64,000 bases of DNA, from the NCBI GenBank assembly GCA_963755915.1, contig CAVWLP010000002.1:1856001-1920000 (forward strand), given 5' to 3'. Under the pieces are notes generated by a model. It was not told the origin of the DNA. It saw only the letters and a program-made list of their open reading frames with translations, and ran no database searches. How positions within the stretch are numbered: position 1 is the stretch's first letter; every line of letters begins with the position of its first letter. The translations under genes and the position numbers were made by a program. Source of the stretch: an uncultured Phycisphaerales bacterium (GTDB lineage: Bacteria > Planctomycetota > Phycisphaerae > Tepidisphaerales > Tepidisphaeraceae). Positions 11,642 through 22,780 of the stretch are shown in pieces.

Positions 11642-13185
11642 ATGTTGACGCCCAATTCTTCCGTTCGTTCGATTCCCCCGCGGCCTGATCTGGAGCGCGA
11701 TCGAAAGCAGGCCAAGTCGCTTCTCGATGCTGCGAAGCGCGGTGATCCTGCGGCGCTGGGGCAGTTTAAATCGTTTCATCCTCGATTTGCGGAACTTGCC
11801 GGTGGCGAAGAATTCGCTCTTCACAACGCGCAGCTCGTGATTGCCCGTCAGTACGGGTTTGCAAGCTGGCCGCGGTGGAAGCAGTTTGTCGAAACACGGC
11901 GGCTCGATCGCGCCGGCACGCGGCAGAGCTGATCAAAGCGGCCTCCTCGAACGACGTTCGCAAGGCCCGCGTGATGCTGGAAGCCGAGGCGGATCTCGCG
12001 AGATTTGATCTGGCGACCGCCTGCGCGTGCGGCGAAGTTGAAACGGCTGGCCAAATCCTTGGTCGCGATCCGGGGCTCGCGAAACATAAATTCGGGCCCC
12101 TCAACATCGAGCCGATTCTTTACGCGTGCTTCAGCCGATTCCTGCGGGCCGATCCGGCCCGTGCGCGTGGAATCGTCCAGTGTGTGAGATTACTCCTGGA
12201 CAACGGTGCCGATCCCAACTCGCACTACTGGACCGATTGGGGAAAGGAATCCTGGCTGCAATCGACGCTCTATGGGGCGGCGGGGATCGCCAACAACATT
12301 GAGCTGACCACCATGCTTCTCGACGCCGGCGCTACGGTCGATCCGCACGACGAAGAAGAGGTTCTCTATCATTCGACGGAATTTCCGGACCCGACGTGCC
12401 TGCGATTGGTGCTTCAGCGCGGCAAGCCGCCGGCAAAGCAGGTCAATTACTGCATCGGCCGGGCGACGGATTTTGAATATCCGGAGCACGTTCGGCTGTT
12501 TCTGGAGGCCGGCGCGGACCCGAATTTCCGGGTGAAGTGGGACGGCCTTCGCACGCAGCTTCACAAGGCGGTTTATTTGTCGCGATCCGCGGGCATTGTG
12601 AAGATGCTCATCGACGCCGGGGGTGATGCGAACGCGGTTGATGAGGGCGGCGTCAGCGTCCTTCGCTCCGCGGTGCGCAATGGGGATCGGGAAGTCATCG
12701 AACTCCTGCAATCGCGCGGAGCGCGCGATGAAAGCATCACCGAAGACGACAATCTAAAGGGCGATCCGATTACGCTCTGCCTGGCGGCGAGTCGAAACGA
12801 TTTAAGCACGATCCGCCGGCTGCTGGACGGTGGCGCCGATCCGAACCGTCCGGCTGCGCCGGATCAAACGCCGCCGTTACACTGGGCGGCCTGGCGGGGA
12901 CGGCTGGCGGCCCTGCAGCTTCTGGTTGATCGCGGGGCCGACATTCATTGGCTTAACTCCTACGGCGGCAATGCGATTGGGATGGCGATCCATGGCTCAT
13001 GCCACTGCTTCGACCCCGAAGGCGGGGGAGGCATGAAACTGCCCGAGGAGGCCCTTGCGGGCGAATATCCGCAGATTGTTGAATTTCTGATTTCGCGGGG
13101 GGCAAAACTGCCTGAAAAAATCCAGGGCGGCAGCGAAGCGGTACAGGAAGTTCTGCGTCGTCAGGGAATACCGGATGCGGAATAA
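11642..13185 (+). CDS. Ankyrin-repeat protein with N-terminal 'RPDLE..RKQAK..L / ARQYGFASW' domain (frameshift near 11915)
   Basis: Multiple ankyrin repeats (LLLDNGADPN, TPPLHWAAWRG); N-terminal domain in ORF 11642-11932. Confidence 0.88.
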
Positions 13186-13236
13186 TCTCGCTTCGACCGC
13201 TTTTTGCGCGTCGTCGTGAATGCGTTGATCAGGCGT

Positions 13237-13479
13237 CTAAGACGCCCTTCGCTGCGACCCGTCTCTTCCAAGCGGAATGGGTTGTTCAACGCCGGCAACA
13301 AGTAGGAGATCCAGTGTGGCTGCATAAAGCTGCATCGCCACAACGATGATTCTCCCGTTCCTGGTCATCGCGAGATTCTCGCGACGGTGCACGTCATATC
13401 GGCTGCCATCTGCGGTGACGATACGAAAGGGCTCAAAGGGCTGCTTTTGCCTTAATCTTTGAATTTGCTGAATCGTCAT
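13237..13479 (-). CDS. Small hypothetical protein ('PFEPFRIVTADG.RYDV' type)
   Basis: 80-aa ORF with a motif resembling small planctomycete proteins (from recall). Confidence 0.65.
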   Translation of the reverse strand: MTIQQIQRLRQKQPFEPFRIVTADGSRYDVHRRENLAMTRNGRIIVVAMQLYAATLDLLLVAGVEQPIPLGRDGSQRRAS

Positions 13480-13521
13480 AACTGGATTGTAATATGAATG
13501 TTGATTTCGCTCGTCGCATTC

Positions 13522-13972
13522 CTATGGATGCAAATTCGGATTTTCCACCTGCAATCCTTCGGCGATAGCGGCAGCATTTAATTCATCGTCGGCGGAAACA
13601 AGATAGAAACTTGCGGATGCAGGCGGTTCCGGACTAGAAAGCAAAGCACACGCAAGTTGAAGCGCATCTGCCGCGCCAGTGCGTGCGCCGCGGCCAATGC
13701 CACGGCGCGGGCGATTACCGGGCCTTGCAGCTCGATAATCTCAAAGATTTCTTGCATCTCCCGATCAAGCGTCGTCAGCGCGTTGTAACCTGTTCCGGTG
13801 TTATGCCACGCTCCCGGCCGCGGCGCACGATGGCAGAAGTTACCTCAATATGTGCCAGTCTTGCCACGACAATACGCTCTGATACCCCAGGCAAATTCAG
13901 CATCCACTGACTTCCCGCCTCACGCCGATAGCGCTTTAACAACGCCGATGAATCCAGGAAATACTGGGGCAT
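13522..13972 (-). CDS. vapC: VapC/PIN-domain toxin (two 1-nt frameshifts near 13780 and 13675)
   Basis: YFLDSSALLKRY..E.GS N-terminus; manual re-framing gives ADALQLACAL and LVSADDELNAAAIAEGLQVENPN. Confidence 0.85.
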
Positions 13973-13977
13973 GAAAA

Positions 13978-14253
13978 TTAGCGTCGATCGCGAATCAACT
14001 CATCGGAGAGCGAGCCGCCAGGCATTTCAATCGGTCTCCACGCCATGAAACGCGCCAGGACTTCCGGACTTGGTTTTGGAGGAACTGTTCGTACCACGCC
14101 GCGCTGCCGGAGCAAGTGATCCAACTGCTGCTCGCTTTGTGGTTGAGCCTGCAGGACAGCACGCTCATTAAGCAGACGCACAAGCTGCTCGCGCTCCGCG
14201 TCATTTAGCGCTTGCGCCGCTTGGAAGAGCTTATTCACGTTTTGGCTGACCAT
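13978..14253 (-). CDS. Putative cognate antitoxin
   Basis: 91-aa ORF directly upstream of the PIN toxin, ending GGSLSDELIRDRR, typical of VapB-like C-termini. Confidence 0.75.
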   Translation of the reverse strand: MVSQNVNKLFQAAQALNDAEREQLVRLLNERAVLQAQPQSEQQLDHLLRQRGVVRTVPPKPSPEVLARFMAWRPIEMPGGSLSDELIRDRR

Positions 14254-14308
14254 GTTTCGCTCTTATTTTGAGATTGTACCATCGGAACAGGCAACGCGCA
14301 AGAAAAAC

Positions 14309-14340
14309 AAAAAAGCCCGGAGTCTTTGGACTCCGGGCTT
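14309..14340 (-). terminator. Rho-independent terminator of the 16S unit
   Basis: aagcccggagtc-tttg-gactccgggctt hairpin followed by a T tract on the minus strand. Confidence 0.85.
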
Positions 14341-14480
14341 GGGCTTGTTCTTCAACAAATGAATAGTCGGAAAACCATTCACCGATGTTGCCACCGGCGT
14401 TTTCACGGTTCTGCACCGCGAACGAGATTGTGCTGACGATAGGCTTTTACAGATTGCTCTGCAAAAGATTCTAAGTAATC

Positions 14481-15990
<1,510 letters not shown>

Positions 15991-16442
15991 TATTTCTTGG
16001 ACCCGATCGCTCCTCCAGCACGGCGTGACGCGGTGAAGCGCTGGCCGTGACTAACGGTTTCGCAATCGGGGTTATCCTCGAAACGAGTTTGCCCACCGAT
16101 CGATTTAAGACAAATCAATCGGATGTTTCTGCCCCTTTGCCGGCTTGGGCAAAAGGGTCAGTCCCGATCCACCGATCCAAACAACAGACCGGCTTCTCGA
16201 GAGCAAGGCTCAAACATCTTCGATGGCTTACTTACTCAAACTAATGATCAAGGAAGATCACTTGGCAGAACCGGACGTTTGACGGTCCAATCCTGCCGTT
16301 TGCGTGTAACCACAAGGATGCTTGAGAAAAAAACTTCAAACCCGATTGTCACCGGCCTAAAGGTCGTGAAACCTGAAAACCGGCACGTTCGGATTCGTCC
16401 ACGGCGAAATGTACACCAATTCGCCTGGACACACATCCTCGC

Positions 16443-16473
16443 GGTTATCCGACTATTCACTTGTCAAAGAACA
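16443..16473 (-). promoter_or_regulatory. boxA-like element and 5' arm of the 16S processing stem
   Basis: TGTTCTTTGACAAG on the minus strand; 27/31 inverted match with 14346-14376. Confidence 0.75.
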
Positions 16474-16562
16474 GAGAAACAATCATAAACCACCGCGGCA
16501 AAACAGGTTGCCGCCGTGATTGCTCCCACAAAAAGCTTTTTGAACTTCAGCGGGGGAGGCAG

Positions 16563-16590
16563 ATGTTATCCTTTGTTTAGCGGTTGTCAA
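16563..16590 (-). promoter_or_regulatory. 16S promoter (proximal); a second candidate lies at 16792-16820
   Basis: TTGACA-N16-TAACAT; distal TTGACG-N17-AATAAT with an upstream A tract. Confidence 0.65.
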
Positions 16591-17126
16591 TCCAAAGCGG
16601 AAAAATCAACAGCTAAACCGTCCCATCAGTCAAAACGGAAACCTCTTATCGGCTCAAAGGGCCGATGAAGGCCAGTTCCATCCTGATTTTCAGGTGTTGC
16701 CTAGCGCAACGGACAGCAAAGGCCTTTTAAGTTTGCCGCAGTTCAATCACCGCAGCCGGGCCGTTGCCGGAGGAAAGGTTAAACCAACAGCATTATTCGC
16801 ATGTGGAGGGGCGGCGTCAAGTTTTTTTTGGGAATCGTCGGTCAGTGGGTGTGACGCAGAATGTTGGCCGCCGACGAAGAGCTCCGTAAAAAAGGGCGCA
16901 CGGCGAAGAGAAAATGTTAGACGCGATAGGCTTTGTTCATCGCGGATGGATTGCTCTAAAACCCCCAAGCTCATACAATAATTTGTTCGCCCCAATTGCG
17001 GTGGACGTTCCGCCTCAGGGCAATATTAACATTGTGCGATCGGCAGCGCGTGGATGCCGGCCGTGGATTTTTGGTCACGCAAAACAGAGGCATGGGCAGG
17101 AACTTAGAACTGCCGCATTTGGTTTT

Positions 17127-18893
17127 ATGGTCGATTACAATCTGATTAATTCGCTGGGAAATCTGGACGCTGATGTGGATGCCGCGGTTGCGACCGCGCT
17201 GGGGGACGCAGCCAACGATCTTTCGAAACTAGTGGCAGGAGACGAGGTTCAGGATTTCACGCCGGGGGCGATTCTTAAAGGGAAAGTTTCCAGTACTGCC
17301 GGGGATGATTTTGTCGTGGAGCTGGGGCTCAAGAGCGAGGGGATTCTTGAGCGATCGGAATTCGATGAGCCGGACAACGTGAAGGTGGGGGATGAAGTTC
17401 GCGTGCTGCTGGAAGATGTGGAGGGAGACACGGGGCTGGTCAAGATCAGCAAGCGCAAGGCGGACCGCATCATCAATTGGGAAACGATCATGCAGTCCAA
17501 GAAAGAGGGGAATCCGGTTTCGGGGAAAGTTACCAAGAAGATCAAGGGTGGGCTGCTGGTGGATATCGGCGTGCCGGTATTTCTTCCGGCCAGCCAGGTG
17601 GATATCCGCCGGCCGGGCGAAATTTCCGATTGGATCGGGCGCACGATCGACGCGGTCATTCTCAAGATCGACGAAGAGCGGCGAAACATCGTCATCTCGC
17701 GCCGGAAGATGATCGAACAGCAGCGCGAGGAGCTGAAGCGCAAGACGCTGGACGGGCTGCAGGTCGGGGAGGTGCGCAAGGGTATCGTCAAGAACATCGC
17801 CGACTTCGGGGCGTTCATCGACCTCGGCGGCATCGACGGCTTGCTGCATATCACCGACATGAGCTGGGGGCGGATCAATCATCCCAGCGAAGTGCTGAAG
17901 ATCGACCAGGAAATCGAAGTGAAGGTTCTGTCGATCGACAAGGAAAAGGAAAAGATCGCCCTGGGGCTGAAGCAGAAGGAAGCGAGCCCGTGGGAGAATA
18001 TCGAGCAGCGGTATCCGGTCGGCAGCGTGCACGAGGCGGAAGTCGTCAACATCATGTCGTACGGCGCGTTCTGCAAGTTGCAGGAAGGCGTCGAGGGGCT
18101 GGTGCATATCAGCGAAATGTCGTGGACGAAGCGCATCAACCATCCGAGCGAGGTGGTTACCCAGGGCCAGCACGTGAAGGTGAAGGTGCTGGAGATCAAC
18201 AAGGACAAGCAGGAAATTTCGCTGGGGATGAAGCAGGTGGAGGAGAATCCGTGGGAGCGCGTGGCGGAGAAGTATCCGCCGGGATCGGTGGTCGAGGGCA
18301 AGGTTCGGAATATTGCCAACTACGGGGCGTTCGTTGAGATCGAAGAAGGGATCGACGGCTTGCTGCACGTTTCGGATCTTTCGTGGACGAAGAAGATCGG
18401 GCATCCGAGCGAGGTGCTCAAGAAGAGCGAATCGATCAAGGCCGTGGTCCTTTCAGTAGATCAGGAAAAGCAGCGGATCGCGCTGGGGCTGAAGCAGATG
18501 CAGGAGGATCCGTGGAAGACGGTGATTCCGGCGAACTATCAGCCGGGTATGGTCGTGAAAGGACACGTTACCAAGATCGCCAACTTCGGCGTGTTCGTGG
18601 AGCTTGAGCCTGGGCTTGAGGGGCTGCTGCATATCTCCGAGATTTCGGACCAGAAGGTGGAGAAGCCGGAGGATTTGCTGAAGGTGGGGCAGGAGCTGGA
18701 AGTGAAGATCCTGCGCGTGGACAGCGAAGAGAGGAAGATTGGGCTGTCGCTGAAGCGTGCGCAGTGGGCGCAGGAAGAGGAGGCGCGGGAAAGCGCGCGT
18801 GCGCAGCGGGCCGAGAAGCGCGGGTTGCGCGGCGGGCTGGAAGGCGGGGAGCAAACCCGCGGGCTGGGCGATATCGACATCACCGACGAGTAA
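17127..18893 (+). CDS. rpsA: 30S ribosomal protein S1
   Basis: Six S1 repeats (FGAFIDLGGIDGLLHITDMSW, EGLVHISEMSW). Confidence 0.98.
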   Translation: MVDYNLINSLGNLDADVDAAVATALGDAANDLSKLVAGDEVQDFTPGAILKGKVSSTAGDDFVVELGLKSEGILERSEFDEPDNVKVGDEVRVLLEDVEGDTGLVKISKRKADRIINWETIMQSKKEGNPVSGKVTKKIKGGLLVDIGVPVFLPASQVDIRRPGEISDWIGRTIDAVILKIDEERRNIVISRRKMIEQQREELKRKTLDGLQVGEVRKGIVKNIADFGAFIDLGGIDGLLHITDMSWGRINHPSEVLKIDQEIEVKVLSIDKEKEKIALGLKQKEASPWENIEQRYPVGSVHEAEVVNIMSYGAFCKLQEGVEGLVHISEMSWTKRINHPSEVVTQGQHVKVKVLEINKDKQEISLGMKQVEENPWERVAEKYPPGSVVEGKVRNIANYGAFVEIEEGIDGLLHVSDLSWTKKIGHPSEVLKKSESIKAVVLSVDQEKQRIALGLKQMQEDPWKTVIPANYQPGMVVKGHVTKIANFGVFVELEPGLEGLLHISEISDQKVEKPEDLLKVGQELEVKILRVDSEERKIGLSLKRAQWAQEEEARESARAQRAEKRGLRGGLEGGEQTRGLGDIDITDE

Positions 18894-19164
18894 CACCAAA
18901 TTGGAGACTGGGGTTTTGGAGTAGGGCGCAAAAGCGCACCCCTGCGGGGTTGCGGCTAAACGGGGAGGGCAGTGTCTCTTGAACGCGCGCCAACTTAGGG
19001 ATTCGGGTTATTCTGTTTATCCGATTTGCCGCGCCGATCCTGCGGACAAGCGAAAGTACGCGCTATGTTAAACCGATGACTAGTAAGGCACTGTCGCGTC
19101 TCGGCTTTTGGAATCTGGCTCGAACCGGGCCGGTCCGATAAGCGTAGTGAACAGTGCCCATCCT

Positions 19165-19989
19165 ATGTCAACCACCGCCGTACAGTCGGGATTGCAGCTT
19201 TATCTACGCCAGATCAATGGCAATCCGCTCCTCACTGCCGAGCAGGAGAAGGAGCTGGGTCGCCGGATCGTTCGCGACAACGACCCCGTTGCGCGCGAGC
19301 AGATGGTGAGGTCGAACCTGCGTCTGGTAGTCAACATCGCGAAGCATTACGTGAATCGGGGGCTTTCGCTGCCGGACCTGATCGAGGAAGGAAACATCGG
19401 GCTGCTGAAGGCGGTTGAAGGGTTCGATCCGGAGAACGGGGCGCGGTTCAGCACTTACGCGAGCTGGTGGATCAAGCAGGCGATCAAGCGGGCGCTGATC
19501 AACAGCGTTCAGCCGATCCACATTCCGGCTTACATGATCGAGATGATGTCGAAGCTGAAGGCGGCGGTGCGCGATCTGGAAGAGCAGCTTGGGCGGATTC
19601 CGAATACGGAAGAATTGTCGAAGCACTTGAACGTTCCGGCGAAGAAGCTGAAGATCATACGGAAGGCCGTGAAGGCGTATCATTCACCGACGCAGTCGGG
19701 CAGCGCCGACGGAGAAGTCACGATCAACGAGCTGGTCGCGGACACGCACAATCCCGGGCCTGACGAGGTGGTGCGCGACAGCGACGAGCTTCGGCAGCTT
19801 GAAGAGCTGATGACCGACATGGACCCGCGAGCGGCGAAGATCCTCAAGCTCCGCTACGGGCTGGAAGGGGACGACCCGCTGACGCTGAAGGAGATCGGGC
19901 AGCGCGTGGGCCTGACGCGGGAGCGCGTGCGGCAGATCGAGCATGAGACGCTGGCGCGGTTGCGCGATGCGATGCTGGTCGGCGCGTAA
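19165..19989 (+). CDS. RpoD/SigA-family sigma factor lacking region 1.1
   Basis: [57 protein letters not shown]. Confidence 0.93.
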   Translation: MSTTAVQSGLQLYLRQINGNPLLTAEQEKELGRRIVRDNDPVAREQMVRSNLRLVVNIAKHYVNRGLSLPDLIEEGNIGLLKAVEGFDPENGARFSTYASWWIKQAIKRALINSVQPIHIPAYMIEMMSKLKAAVRDLEEQLGRIPNTEELSKHLNVPAKKLKIIRKAVKAYHSPTQSGSADGEVTINELVADTHNPGPDEVVRDSDELRQLEELMTDMDPRAAKILKLRYGLEGDDPLTLKEIGQRVGLTRERVRQIEHETLARLRDAMLVGA

Positions 19990-20088
19990 TATGGCGGCGT
20001 CGCGTGATCCGAACTTAGAAAAGCAAAGCGCTTCCCTGGATGAGCTGGCGCTCCGCTTGGGGGGTCGCGGCTAAACAATACAGATGCG

Positions 20089-20909
20089 ATGAAACAATTC
20101 ATCAAGGGAATGGTGAAGTCGGCTTGGCGGACTGTGTTGCCGGCGAGTGGCGCAGCTCGCTTCGGCTTTGGGTTCTGCTGGACACACCTGATTTTTCTCC
20201 GCGACTTATCAAGGAATTTACGTCTGAGCCTGTCGTCGTTCTGGCCCCGCATATGGATGACGAGGTGATCGGGCCCGGTGGAGCAGTTCTGCGGCATCTG
20301 CAGGCGGGGGCGCCGGTGAGCTTTGTGTTCATGACCGATGGGGCGGCGGGCGGGGCGAGTCCTGATCCGGGTCTGCCGGAGGTTCGGAAGGCGGAGAGCC
20401 GGAAGGCGGCGGAGATCCTGGGGGTTAAGCAATTGATATTCCTTGACGGGCCGGATGGATCGCTGGACGATTCGCCGAAGATTGTGTCGGCGCTGCTGGG
20501 GATTTTGAAAGAGCGCAATCCGGGCGTCATTTACGCTCCGGCGCTGTCGGATCATCATCCGGATCATTGGGCTACGAACCGGATTCTTCGGAAAGCGGTT
20601 GACGAGTTGCCGGGCGAAATCGCGGACAAGCTTTTGATTCGCGGGTACGAAGTCTGGAGCACGGCGCCCGTCAATCGGATGATCGATATCACCTCGGTGG
20701 CGGATACCAAGCGGGCGGCAATCGACGCGTTTGTCTCGCAGACCAGCATGGTCGATTACTCGCGGGCGATCCTGGGATTGAATCAGTACCGCTCGATGCG
20801 CCACATGGCGGGGCATGGGTTCGCGGAGGCGTTTCTGGAGACGACGCCTTGTGAGTACAGGCGGCTGTTTGATCAGATCAAGATAAAGAGCTCGTTTGAG
20901 GAAAAGTGA
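20089..20909 (+). CDS. PIG-L/LmbE family deacetylase (probable frameshift near 20150)
   Basis: APHMDDEVIG, MTDG, DHHPDH motifs. Confidence 0.88.
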
Positions 20910-21119
20910 GTGACGCCGCGGCGCGAGCGGTTGATATCCCAGAATATCTCACTTTATCACACATTTCAGGGATATAGCCGGGGGGATTGGATTGTGACAA
21001 GGATTTCCCACTATTCCCCAAAATTCCCCATAATTCAGGAAGATGGGCGGCTATCCGCGGCGCTTTGTGATGGGAAACAGCGTTCATCTATATACAGGTC
21101 CAAAAGGTGTACGTTTTGT

Positions 21120-22607
21120 TAATCCCGTTCGGCACGCAGGCTTCATCGGAGCATTCCAAAGCTGTGGAGGACGCGAAACAATTGAAGCTTAGATACTTTT
21201 ACTTTCCCCTGCTGCACGCCGGCGTCCGCAAGAGCGCAGCATCAACCGCGAGGTCTCCGCGGCGACGGATTCCCCTTCAGTTTACTCCCAGTTTTTTCAA
21301 GGCCTCCGCTCTTGCCCTCAGCTTAATCCCGGTGTTATCCGGCTTGTTCAGGAATCGAAGCACGTCCTGTTCCTCGGCCAGCCCCAGCAGATACCAGCCG
21401 ATCATGTTCCGCATCGCCTTGTTCGGCTTCCTGCCGCTGATCAGCTGAATCAGCACGCAGACGATCAGCGCGCAGTGGATTTGGATGTCGATCCCCTCCT
21501 GGCGTTGGCTCAGCAGGTGACGCATGCCCAGCAGTTGCTTGAAGATCCGGAAGAACAACTCAACGGTGTAGCGGTACAGATAAATCAGGGCGATCAATTC
21601 CGCCGGCAGGTCCAGCAGGTTCGTGTACAGGATGATCAGGTCCGTCGGCTTGTTGCCGCTGCGCGTGCGGCGCGGATGGGGTTTCACCTGCACTTCCACC
21701 CGTCGCACCACCCTATCCGCCGCCGTCTCCAGGCCGTCGAGTTTCACCAGCGCGTCTCGCACCACGCCGCCGTCCAATGCTTCCTGTGAAAGCAATCGTT
21801 CTTCAAACAGCTCAAACACCGAGTTTTCCGCGGCCCGCATCACAAAGGAGCTTTGCGCCGCGGCGATGTCCGCAAAGAGGCTCCGGTCGGCGTAGCCGCC
21901 GTCTCCTACATAGCACCGTCCTGCTTCCAGGCTGCGCCGCAGGACGTTGTTTTCACGGTTGGCCCCCGCGTTGCGAGCGCCAGTGCGGTCGAGGCGATGG
22001 ACTTTGAACGTCTCCAGATCGAATTGAACGTGCAAACGCCAGCCATAGACCGCTTTCCCGTCCCGGGAGGTGTTGTAGGCGCATCGATGCCGCAAGCGGA
22101 TTTGGCCAGCCGACTCAGCGCCGTCAGCACCGTCCCGTCGACCAGCGTGATCGCCTGCCCAAAGTCCGCAAGACGCGGATCGGCGCCTGGGGCAGTTCCC
22201 CCGCCAATTCCTCAATCAGCGGCGTCAAACGCCCCGGCTCGAACACCCGAACCGATTCAGAGAAACTGCCCACGGAAAAACGCTTAATTCCCAGCGCCTT
22301 GGCCACCTTGGGCAGTTCAGCAACCTCCTGAAGATCCCGCAGGGATTGGATCAGCGGATTCCAGGTGTAAAGCAAAACCAGCTTGCAATAATCGTCGAAG
22401 TGAAGCTGGCGGTTCCCGGCTCGATCCCGCTCACAGCCCACATCCCGCAGCGTGGGCAGCAGCGCGAAGACGCGCCGCAGATGTCCGAGGCACAGGATCT
22501 CTTTTTCCTTCAGTCTTGCCTGCACGTCCGGCAGCATGCCATAAAAAGATCAAAGGCGCAATCTCAATATCTTGCTGCTTGCGCGAACCCCGTGCCGAAC
22601 GGGATTA
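21120..22607 (-). mobile_element. IS4-family insertion sequence, 1488 bp
   Basis: Perfect 17-bp terminal inverted repeats TAATCCCGTTCGGCACG; 9-bp target duplication ACGTTTTGT at 21111-21119 and 22608-22616. Confidence 0.93.
21277..22537 (-). CDS. IS4-family DDE transposase (frameshifts near 22187 and 22080)
   Basis: LVDGT, VGDGGY, YLYRYTVELFFRIFKQ (YREK-type signature). Confidence 0.88.
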
Positions 22608-22711
22608 ACGTTTTGTACCTATTTTTCAAAATGTTGGAATTTTTTTTGTGCGATGGGTGAGAATGCAAAGAATCTGATAGGCGTGGCCAGGAGTTTTTAA
22701 GGTCGAGCAAA

Positions 22712-22751
22712 CCCCCTCCCCAGCCCTCCCCCGGAGTACCGGGGGCGGGGG
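22712..22751. repeat. REP-like palindromic repeat (CCCTC.CCC..CCCTC.CCCGGAGTACCGGGGG.GGGG family)
   Basis: Related copies at 25528-25591, 25618-25657, 28553-28573+29966-29984, 62257-62297 and 62322-62376. Confidence 0.8.
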
Positions 22752-22780
22752 AAATGGGAGACGCGCGTGAACTGATCAAG

